This document shows positions 10,058 through 18,294 of a stretch of 37,986 nucleotides of DNA, piece by piece (position 1 is the first letter of the stretch; each line of letters starts with the position of its first letter). This DNA comes from Candidatus Hermodarchaeota archaeon (lineage in GTDB: Archaea; Asgardarchaeota; Hermodarchaeia; Hermodarchaeales; Hermodarchaeaceae): the NCBI GenBank assembly GCA_016839805.1, contig JAEOTO010000002.1, forward strand, positions 1-37,986, in the 5' to 3' direction. A program made the translations under genes and the position numbers. Under the pieces are notes generated by a model. It saw only the letters and a list, made by a program, of their open reading frames with translations, searched no databases and was not told the DNA's origin.

Positions 10058-10507
10058 ATGCTTAATTTCAGTTACCTAATACCAGGTGTTCTCGCGGGCT
10101 CCAGTATGCCACGAGGACGAAAAGACCTCAAACGCCTTGTCAACGAGGGCATCCAAGTTCTTATTACTGCCATGGAACACTCACTCAATGAAGACCTCGT
10201 CAAAGAAGTAGGACTCGAATACCACTACTTTCCGGTTCTGCCCTATGGAACACCCTCTCTACAACACATCAACGACTTCGTCGATCTCGTCAATACTAAT
10301 CGTGTAAAAAATCGACCCGTCGCCGTCCACTGTTACATGGGCTGGGGGCGCACCGGAACATTGCTTGCCTCGTACCTCATTAGTGAGAGAATGAGTGCTG
10401 ATGAAGCTATCGACAAAGTTCGAGAAAAACGTCCAGGGTCTATTGAAACCCTTGGACAAGAACAAATCCTGCACATTTATGAACAAACCTTAGCTCTTCG
10501 AAAATGA
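10058..10507 (+). CDS. Small dual-specificity (CX5R) phosphatase, DUSP23/Cdc14-like
   Basis: Motifs VAVHCYMGWGRTGT and EAIDKVREKRPGSIETLGQ; N-terminal NFSYLIPGVLAGSSMP. Confidence 0.9.
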   Translation: MLNFSYLIPGVLAGSSMPRGRKDLKRLVNEGIQVLITAMEHSLNEDLVKEVGLEYHYFPVLPYGTPSLQHINDFVDLVNTNRVKNRPVAVHCYMGWGRTGTLLASYLISERMSADEAIDKVREKRPGSIETLGQEQILHIYEQTLALRK

Positions 10508-10652
10508 CGCATCCCGAAGTCAATTAGTGATGATGGTTATGCCTGTGTGGTTCCATTGATGGAATGAAATTACTCCGTTCATCATACTGATAATCTGTTA
10601 TTTAATGTGATTTCGAGTAAAGAAATTGATGTAATTGGTATGGTGAGATTTG

Positions 10653-12065
10653 CTAGTCTTTCTTCCAGAGTTCATCGCCAATATATTTGCTAATCCCACT
10701 CGAGTCTTTAGGACCAACCTTCACAGTCCATCCCGAAGCATCCTCTGTTTCCCCACTTAATCTGGCTGCCATGCCTGGGCTGATGAGGATTCGATGGTTC
10801 ACCTTCTCCTCGACCTTGAATTCCTTCATCGCTTCTGCAATCACATCAGCTGTGAGTTTCCGTCCAGCAACAGCTGATTGAATACTCAAGCCTTCGGTAT
10901 CCACAACAAGGAGATACGCATCGATTCCAGCCTGTTTGATATCACTTTCTACTGTGAAGAAGGTTAAAGCGAAGTTAGAAGTATACATTACCGGGGAATC
11001 TTTTGTGGGATGACCAAACTCACGTAGACCCGCTTCCACCGCCACAGGCTTCACGGGATCCGTATAAAGATTTGTCCGCAGAAAAGTCAGTGGTAGTTGT
11101 ACCCACATATCAAGGCTATGAAGAACCAAGATATCGGCATACCGGATAATCATGGAGGCCCCTGCCAGGGTTTCTTGCCACTTTGCCAGCTCTTCTGCTT
11201 CTCCTTCCTTGTAGTCGCCCCATACAGAAATCGGTGTTGCTAGAAGCGGAAATCCTACGCCCTGATCGCCTTCTCGAGTCGCAGCCCGACGAAGCATCGA
11301 AAAATCGTCCACTGTAGCCCCAAGAGCCGCACCAAATTCATTACCCGGATCTAACACCACATCAAGACCCATTTGATGAAGAGTTGACGATAAGGATTTT
11401 AACTCTGACAAATCGCCGGGTACATACGCCACAACTGGACATTGATGTTTTTGGGCTATCTCAGATACTTCTTGCCATGTATCAGTGGTGGCAGCGAATA
11501 GAAGTGGTCTACGTCCACTTAACGCCTCAGCCCCAGCAGCAAGAACCTTTGGATTAAGAGAACACAACATAATTGGCCAGTTAGTCAGTTCTCCTACCCG
11601 CTTCGCGACCTCAGCAAACTTCTTGGGATCACCTGTTACCGAGCGAAGCGCAACACCATCCAAACGGAGATCCATCCCAATATACAAGTAAGTCCAATTT
11701 TCAATGGCTTCAACACGTTTCTTCAGCTCATCACCTGATGCCGTGTCAGCAATGTCCACAAAGAAAGCTGTGGGATGCATATAACGGAGATCATGGCGAT
11801 AAAGAACAAGTTCTCCTCCAATCGAGACTTTATTCTCACCTGTCCCAATCACGACTTCTCTAACGGGTGGTCGCATTAGTTCCTCGAGCTTGCCCCGTTT
11901 GTCACCATACTCTCGCTCACGATACAAAGGTGTACATGCCTTGATGCCAATCGTGTATTCTGCAGCTTTCGTTGCAAATGCCATACAATTGGCTTCTCCG
12001 CATTCCCCACAGTTCGTTTGCGGAAGTAACGGATAAATATCCATTGGTCCTGCACGCTTAGCCAT
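10653..12065 (-). CDS. cdhE: Acetyl-CoA decarbonylase/synthase gamma subunit (corrinoid Fe-S protein large subunit, CdhE/AcsC)
   Basis: N-terminal LPQTNCGECGEANCMAFA...CTP [4Fe-4S] domain, GGELVLYRH, and C-terminal TSNFALTFFTVESD, DTEGLSI, GWTVKVGPKDS. Confidence 0.95.
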   Translation of the reverse strand: MAKRAGPMDIYPLLPQTNCGECGEANCMAFATKAAEYTIGIKACTPLYREREYGDKRGKLEELMRPPVREVVIGTGENKVSIGGELVLYRHDLRYMHPTAFFVDIADTASGDELKKRVEAIENWTYLYIGMDLRLDGVALRSVTGDPKKFAEVAKRVGELTNWPIMLCSLNPKVLAAGAEALSGRRPLLFAATTDTWQEVSEIAQKHQCPVVAYVPGDLSELKSLSSTLHQMGLDVVLDPGNEFGAALGATVDDFSMLRRAATREGDQGVGFPLLATPISVWGDYKEGEAEELAKWQETLAGASMIIRYADILVLHSLDMWVQLPLTFLRTNLYTDPVKPVAVEAGLREFGHPTKDSPVMYTSNFALTFFTVESDIKQAGIDAYLLVVDTEGLSIQSAVAGRKLTADVIAEAMKEFKVEEKVNHRILISPGMAARLSGETEDASGWTVKVGPKDSSGISKYIGDELWKKD

Positions 12066-12469
12066 AAGAACACATCATGTGTACTAAGTAGGAAGCAGAT
12101 AATACCCGTTTAGATAATTAGCTTTTGTGCTTATGATAATAACTTCACTGTGTCTGTCATTAGAACCGTTCACTTTAAACTTGCTCCAACTCGTTTTTTG
12201 AGCATACAGAATGTACTGATATTTTTTACACTAAATAGTTTAAATTATAGATACTAATATAAATAAACACGTTTGTCGAAAACTACAAAAAAAACACGCT
12301 CAATCCCCTATGGTACAAATAACAATTGATCAAAAGAATCTGATTAAATTCCACTTTTTTTGAGTTGTCCCAAATAATACCTAGTTTTTTAAGGTGTTTG
12401 AATGAATGTGAAACACTTACTTCTGAAAAGGAGTAAGAACGAATTTAACCAATAAAATGGTGAAAAAAA

Positions 12470-12835
12470 TTGGCTGAACGCCCTCTAGGAATAACAATCA
12501 TTGCTATTCTGCAACTAATCGGTGCTATAATCATGCTTGCAGCCGGTGCTCTCGGTATTCTTGCTGGTCTAGCTATCCCGATCTTTGGAATCATTTTGCT
12601 AGCTATCGGAGCTGTCACGCTTATCTTGGGTATCTTTGGGTTCATTCTCTTCATCGGACTCTGGGGTATGAAAGGATGGGCCTGGTGGCTTGCATTAATC
12701 ATCAATCTCGTCTCAGTAATCCTTGGCATCTATGGCTTCTACAATTCCGGCTTTCTCGATTACACGCCACTTATGAGCATGATTCTCCCACTGATCATCG
12801 TCATCTACCTCTTCTTCGTCAAAAAGCACTTCTAG
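12470..12835 (+). CDS. Small four-TM membrane protein
   Basis: RPLGITIIAILQLIG...GLWGMKGWAW...IIVIYLF, a pattern common in small archaeal membrane proteins; GGTGA SD before TTG. Confidence 0.85.
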   Translation: MAERPLGITIIAILQLIGAIIMLAAGALGILAGLAIPIFGIILLAIGAVTLILGIFGFILFIGLWGMKGWAWWLALIINLVSVILGIYGFYNSGFLDYTPLMSMILPLIIVIYLFFVKKHF

Positions 12836-12862
12836 ACCAACCCCCACTGCACCAAAGAAATT

Positions 12863-12902
12863 CAATGGTGCCCCCGAGATGGGCACCTTGCATCTTTTTT
12901 TT
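12863..12902 (+). terminator. Hairpin plus T-tract terminator
   Basis: GGTGCCC-CCGAGAT-GGGCACC stem-loop (12867-12887) followed by T8 (12895-12902), downstream of the stop at 12835. Confidence 0.7.
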
Positions 12903-13101
12903 ATTTGAAATCTGACGGATGATCCATCATAATTATTCACTGTCAGATTGGAAATATTGAGCCTGAAAAATCCGCAGATAAGATAATATTCGCAGTAGAT
13001 GAAACCAGTTAAAGGATTATATTGTCCTGCAAAAACTTGATACATTCGAGAAGAGCTTTCTACGCGGATGAATGTTAGAAGGTCAGTAAGGGTTGGAGAT
13101 A

Positions 13102-14262
13102 ATGACGAATGTAATAACATGGGATCAAATTAACGCTTTTCGAATGGAGCGTCATTTCCTCACAAAACGTGTACCACGTACTGCAATTGTGTCAGTGGTT
13201 TCTTCTGTGTGTGGAATCCAAGCGCAAATGCTTCCTGCAGCTCAACTCCAATTATGGGCACGAATAGAGAATCTCACGCCCCAAGATGTCACCGAAGCAC
13301 TCTGGGGGTCCAAACAACTCTTAAGAACATGGTGTATGCGCGGAACAGCCCATTATATTGCCACAACACAGTTTTCAGCATACCTGAAAGCCATCATCGA
13401 ACCACGTATCCCACGGCATAAAGAGTGGTTAACCAAACGAGGAATGCGAGAATTTGGTGAACTCGCAAAAATGGACCCGTCTCATCATGATTTTGAAGCT
13501 ATTCTCACAGCAGTCATGAATGCCCTTGTAAGTGGACCGGCTACTCGAGACGAGGTAGCACAGAAAGTCGCTGATGAGGTCGGACCTGAAGCCCGTCCTT
13601 GGGTCGATACAGGATACTATATTGTGACCAAACTCCTTGCCTATGAGGGGAAAGTCTGTTTTGGTCCTGATTTGGATGGGAAATCGTCATTGGTATTGAC
13701 TGACCAGTGGCTCTCTAAACGACCTCAGATCAAAAAGGAAATAGCTGAAGATATGATTCTAAACAATTACCTTCATTGCTATGGTCCAGCTAAACCGCAA
13801 GATTTCTCGGTTTGGTCGGGCCTGAAAATGAAGACAGTCAAACCAATCTGGGAACGAAACCAAAAGCAATTCGCTGAAGTAATGCTCAAAGAGAAACCAC
13901 TTTGGCTTCTACAACAGGATCTTAATGCCCTCCTAGAAACTCCGGTTGAATCACGGCATGTTCGGTTACTCCCCCATTTTGACATCTTCCTGCTTGGCCA
14001 CAAAGACAAAAGCCATATCGTCGGTGAAGCCCACTATAAGCAGGTATTTAAAAAAGCAGCCTGGATTGCGCCAATACTCCTATGTGATGGACGTGCAATT
14101 GGAATTTGGAAACAGAAGCGCACCTCCAAGAAGGTAGTCGTTATCGTTGAACCATTTGAACAGCTCACCGAATTTCAACAGAATGAAGTTGAAACCGAAG
14201 CCCAGCGATTAGGCGAATTTTTTGACCTCACCCATGAGGTAAAATACACCAAATGGTCTTGA
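13102..14262 (+). CDS. AlkZ-like (HTH_42) winged-helix DNA glycosylase, crosslink/bulky adduct repair
   Basis: Motifs CGIQAQ (QxQ catalytic motif), WCMRGTAH, YGPAKPQDFSVWSG, RLLPHFDIFLLGHKD, DGRAIGIW. ATG at 13102 follows a GGAG SD. Confidence 0.9.
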   Translation: MTNVITWDQINAFRMERHFLTKRVPRTAIVSVVSSVCGIQAQMLPAAQLQLWARIENLTPQDVTEALWGSKQLLRTWCMRGTAHYIATTQFSAYLKAIIEPRIPRHKEWLTKRGMREFGELAKMDPSHHDFEAILTAVMNALVSGPATRDEVAQKVADEVGPEARPWVDTGYYIVTKLLAYEGKVCFGPDLDGKSSLVLTDQWLSKRPQIKKEIAEDMILNNYLHCYGPAKPQDFSVWSGLKMKTVKPIWERNQKQFAEVMLKEKPLWLLQQDLNALLETPVESRHVRLLPHFDIFLLGHKDKSHIVGEAHYKQVFKKAAWIAPILLCDGRAIGIWKQKRTSKKVVVIVEPFEQLTEFQQNEVETEAQRLGEFFDLTHEVKYTKWS

Positions 14263-14306
14263 ATTGAGAACAAGTAACATAATCCAATAAACAAACTCTT
14301 CATTGA

Positions 14307-15662
14307 ATGGTGGAAAGAATGCTCGAAGATGTAATACAATATCTAGAAAAACACACCAATCAGGCATTAGAAACTGTCAAACAACTCGTACGGATTCCGT
14401 CGGTTGCCGCAAAGGGTGAAGGCATTGAGGAGACAGCAACACTCCTCAAGTCAATGTTTGAAGAACTGGGGATGAAAACTCAACTCCACCCAACTTCGGG
14501 CTCACCAGTTGTAACCGCTAGTCTTGATGTCGGGGCCAAACGAACGCTATTATTCTATGACCATTATGACGTACAACCAGCTGAACCGTTTGACCTTTGG
14601 GACTCACCCCCATTTGAACCCGAAATACGGAATGGTCGACTCTATGGTCGTGGTACTGCCGATAATAAAGGTGATACAACGTCTCGTATCTGGACCATCC
14701 GGGCCTTCCAAGAAACCGATACACCACTTCCTGTCAATATCAAATTCGTGGTAGAAGGTGAAGAAGAAATTGGGAGCATTCACCTTTCCGAATTTGTGGA
14801 ACCAAATAAACACTTCCTCAAAGCCGATGGTGGCATCTGGGAATTTGGCGGAGCAGCAATTGATGGTATTCAAGAGGCATGGCTTGGACTCAAAGGTGAT
14901 TTCTATGTCCAATTAGAAGTTGAACGCTTAAACCGTGATGTCCATTCAAGTACGGCGACCCACCTCCCCTCAGCTCCCTTTCGACTGATTTGGGCTCTAA
15001 ATTCTCTTAAGGACGAGAAAGAGAGAATCCTGATCCCTGGCTGGTATGACGATATTACACCATTAACCAAGGCGGATTGGCAGCATCTCGACAAAGTAGA
15101 CATGTTGGAAGAAGATACCAAAAAATACTATGGTGTCGACTCCTACGTTCTCAACCTTACTGGGGATAAGCTGAAAGAGGTCTACTATAACGGACCAACC
15201 TGTTGTATTAGTGGATTAACCAGCGGTTGGCAAGGCAAAGGCTCGAAAACCGTCCTCCCTGCCAAAGCTTCAGCTAAAGTCGACTTTCGAATCGTTGAAG
15301 ACATGGACCCAGAAGATCTCCTGAAAAAATTACGAGCTCACCTTGATAACCAAGGATTTTCGGATGTGAAAATCACCTGGCATGAAGCTTACCCTGCTGC
15401 AAAAACCTCTCCGGATCATCCCTTCATTCAACTCGTAAATACTGCCAACAAGAAAATCTTTGGCCATGATTTACGAGTTCACATCACAAGTCCGGGATCA
15501 GGTCCTCTCTATTTGTTCAAAGACCATGTACCAATGGTATCCATTGGGGTAAGTGATTACGATTCACGCGGACATGCACCAAATGAAAGTATCAAAATTG
15601 ATAACTTCAGAAATGGCATGAAACGAATTGCAATCATCATAGATGAGATGAGTCGCTGGTAG
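14307..15662 (+). CDS. M20 family dipeptidase/amidohydrolase with canonical metal ligands
   Basis: Motifs YDHYDVQP, GRGTADNKG, EGEEEIGS, GIWE and GHAPNE. Confidence 0.93.
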   Translation: MVERMLEDVIQYLEKHTNQALETVKQLVRIPSVAAKGEGIEETATLLKSMFEELGMKTQLHPTSGSPVVTASLDVGAKRTLLFYDHYDVQPAEPFDLWDSPPFEPEIRNGRLYGRGTADNKGDTTSRIWTIRAFQETDTPLPVNIKFVVEGEEEIGSIHLSEFVEPNKHFLKADGGIWEFGGAAIDGIQEAWLGLKGDFYVQLEVERLNRDVHSSTATHLPSAPFRLIWALNSLKDEKERILIPGWYDDITPLTKADWQHLDKVDMLEEDTKKYYGVDSYVLNLTGDKLKEVYYNGPTCCISGLTSGWQGKGSKTVLPAKASAKVDFRIVEDMDPEDLLKKLRAHLDNQGFSDVKITWHEAYPAAKTSPDHPFIQLVNTANKKIFGHDLRVHITSPGSGPLYLFKDHVPMVSIGVSDYDSRGHAPNESIKIDNFRNGMKRIAIIIDEMSRW

Positions 15663-15673
15663 AACTCAATTTC

Positions 15674-16183
15674 CTACCAGTATCCTCCTCCGCGTCTATT
15701 AGCCCATCTATAATATTGCCATGATTTACGCTTGTCACCTTCCGGATCATCAAGAACCGAACTAGCTTCTTTCAACACTTCGTACAAGACTTGATATTCG
15801 CCATCAGTCAAAGGAATCAAGGGTTTACCAAATTTACTTTGGAACCATCTTTGCTGAGACTGAAACATATGATGATTTGTCAATAACTTCTGGAAATCAA
15901 TAGTATACACTGGCATTACTCTCTCGGTCAATTCCATCCAATATGTGATTTTTGCAGGAAACGCTGTATCATCGAGCATTCCAATCTCTGCACTCTCAAA
16001 AGGTGAGCTATTGGCCCGATAAATTCCTCGCAGCTCATAGGTCTGTTTTATGCAAAAAACCAGCGAATCACCGGGTTGAACCTGGTCCAGCAGGGGTCGA
16101 TATTCATCACTTACACCCCAAACACGATTTTCTAAAATTATTCCCTAATTTGCTTCATCTATAGGGCAAAGCCAGTTCGCCAT
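15674..16183 (-). pseudogene. EVE (PUA-like) domain gene interrupted by a single in-frame TAG at codon 13
   Basis: ATG at 16183 reads MANWLCPIDEAN*GIILENRVWGVSDEYRPLLDQVQPGDSLVFCIKQTYELRGIYRANS and continues in frame into the track's ORF 15674..15979. This matches the EVE pattern YWL..ENW...WGV...V.PGD.L.FY...GIY. TAG at 16145-16147. Confidence 0.75.
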
Positions 16184-16309
16184 GGAATTAAATCCCTCTA
16201 TGGGTAACAACAAAAAATATGCCAAAATACCTTACGATTTCACCTATAAGGATGAATCATTTCTTCTCGATGGGATCTTTTTCCCATTAATATCGCTAGA
16301 ATATGTGAG

Positions 16310-17320
16310 TTAGTGCTTCTTCTCTTTTCGAGCCTCCCAGCCATGACAGGCCACCCATCGATTAGGTCCAATTTGCTGAAGCTCTGGCTCGTCATCTGTG
16401 CAATACTCATCAACGGCCTGACACCGAGGTCGAAAACGACAACCTGGTGGCAAGTCAATAGGTGTCGGGGTCTCACCTGGAATGTCAATTCTATCCCGTT
16501 CTTCAGTGGGATCTGGAATGGGGATATGAGAAATAAGGGCTTGGGTGTACGGATGGATTGGATCTTGAAGGACATCTTCCACAGGTCCCATTTCCATGAC
16601 CTTCCCCAGATACATAATGATTAGCCAATTTCCGATGTATCGGGCTTGTGCAAGATCGTGAGTGATGAAAATATAGGTGAGATTATGTTCTTTTTGTAAA
16701 TCTGTCATTAAATTCATTATTTCAGTCCGAATACTCGCATCCAGCATGGAAACGGGTTCATCAGCGATAACGAGTTTAGGCTCAAGAATTAGAGAACGAG
16801 CTATCGCGACTCGTTGTAATTGCCCCCCACTGAGTTCATGAGGAAACCGACGTGAAAAATCTTCAGCAGGTATGAGACGTACATCTTCTAAAGCATTTAA
16901 AACCCGCTTCATCAATTCTTCTTCATCGCTAACCATTTCATGTATCACTAATCCTTCACCAACAAGATCTTTTACAGTGTGACGCGGATCCAAAGCTTCA
17001 AAGGGATTTTGGAAGATTAACTGCACACGTCGTCTAAATAGCCTTAGATCATCTGGTATCATCGTAAAAACAGCTTCCCCTTCAAAGTTAACAGAGCCTG
17101 CTGTCGGTTCAATTAATCGTAACATTGTTCGCACTAGAGTGGTTTTTCCTGACCCTGATTCACCTGCAATAACTAAAGAATCACCAGGCTTAACATCAAA
17201 AAAGACACCATCAACAGCCTTCACCCACCTTTGTTCGCTAAAAAATGAACGAATACCAGTTCTTACGGGAAACCATTTCTTTAGATTTTCAACTTTAATA
17301 ATCGGAGCTGAAACAGTCAT
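16310..17320 (-). CDS. dppF: Oligo/dipeptide ABC transporter ATP-binding protein (DppF/OppF)
   Basis: Motifs GESGSGKTT, LSGGQLQRVAIAR, ADEPVSMLD, HPYTQAL, PPGCRFRPRC...VACH. Confidence 0.92.
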   Translation of the reverse strand: MTVSAPIIKVENLKKWFPVRTGIRSFFSEQRWVKAVDGVFFDVKPGDSLVIAGESGSGKTTLVRTMLRLIEPTAGSVNFEGEAVFTMIPDDLRLFRRRVQLIFQNPFEALDPRHTVKDLVGEGLVIHEMVSDEEELMKRVLNALEDVRLIPAEDFSRRFPHELSGGQLQRVAIARSLILEPKLVIADEPVSMLDASIRTEIMNLMTDLQKEHNLTYIFITHDLAQARYIGNWLIIMYLGKVMEMGPVEDVLQDPIHPYTQALISHIPIPDPTEERDRIDIPGETPTPIDLPPGCRFRPRCQAVDEYCTDDEPELQQIGPNRWVACHGWEARKEKKH

Positions 17321-18294
17321 GACTCCACCTCGAAATTTATTTCACCAGCAAAATGACAAGCCACCCAATGTTTTTTTTCATATTCACGATATTCAGGAAC
17401 TTCTAAATTACAGATCTCCTGAGCCCAGGGACAGCGTGGATGAAAACGACAACCAGATGGAGGTCGTACTAAATCCGGTGGAGTACCTGGTATGAATTCG
17501 AGACGCCTTTTAGGTCCCTTTACGCTTGGAAATGCACCAATGAGCTTGTATGTGTAGGGGTGCAATGATCTTTTAAAGACATTAACAGTTGATCCTACTT
17601 CAACTAATTTTCCTGCATACATAATTCCCACTCTATCGCTATTTTCTGCAACAACTGAAAGATCGTGAGTAATCAGTAAAACAGCTAATTTGTATTTTTT
17701 CTGAAGACTTCTAAGAAGACCTAATATCTTGTTTTGAACAATAACATCAAGAGCTGTCACAGGTTCATCAGCAATGATAAGACGAGGTTCAGCGGCCAAT
17801 GCTTGGGCAATAATGGCCCGTTGCCGCATACCCCCACTAAACTCATGCGGGTAATCCCGTATTCGTTCTGGCTCAAGACCCACTTCATCAAATAACTCTT
17901 TAACTCGTTTAGTTGCTTCCTCCTTGTCAATGGATTGTTTTTCTTGCATTACTTCAACAATCTGGTTTCCAATACGTAAAACTGGATTAAATGCATTCAT
18001 GGCATATTGAAAAACAATTGAAACCTTACGCCATCGTAACTGTCGCATTTCCTCATCTGTTTTTTCAACCACATCATCACCATCAAGGAATATTTGACCA
18101 TTGACAATGGCACCATTTTCTGGCAAAATTCGCATAATACTATAAGCTGCTGTTGTCTTGCCACATCCAGACTCACCAGCTAATCCAAATATTTCCGATT
18201 CCGCGATGTCAAATGTTATTTTATCAACTGCTTGAACTCGGTCTTCGCCAAGGAAATAATGGGTGCATAAATCCTCTATTCTAAGTACTGACAA
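17317..18294 (-). CDS. dppD: Oligo/dipeptide ABC transporter ATP-binding protein (DppD/OppD)
   Basis: Motifs GESGCGKTT, FSGGMRQR, ADEPVTALD, PSGCRFHPRC...VACH; 4-nt overlap with dppF. Confidence 0.92.
   Translation of the reverse strand: MSVLRIEDLCTHYFLGEDRVQAVDKITFDIAESEIFGLAGESGCGKTTAAYSIMRILPENGAIVNGQIFLDGDDVVEKTDEEMRQLRWRKVSIVFQYAMNAFNPVLRIGNQIVEVMQEKQSIDKEEATKRVKELFDEVGLEPERIRDYPHEFSGGMRQRAIIAQALAAEPRLIIADEPVTALDVIVQNKILGLLRSLQKKYKLAVLLITHDLSVVAENSDRVGIMYAGKLVEVGSTVNVFKRSLHPYTYKLIGAFPSVKGPKRRLEFIPGTPPDLVRPPSGCRFHPRCPWAQEICNLEVPEYREYEKKHWVACHFAGEINFEVES

Noticed and set aside
12909-12949. AATCTGAC...GTCAGATT hairpin as a SECIS element
   Set aside because: No adjacent gene has an in-frame TGA and the stem geometry does not fit; its function is undetermined.
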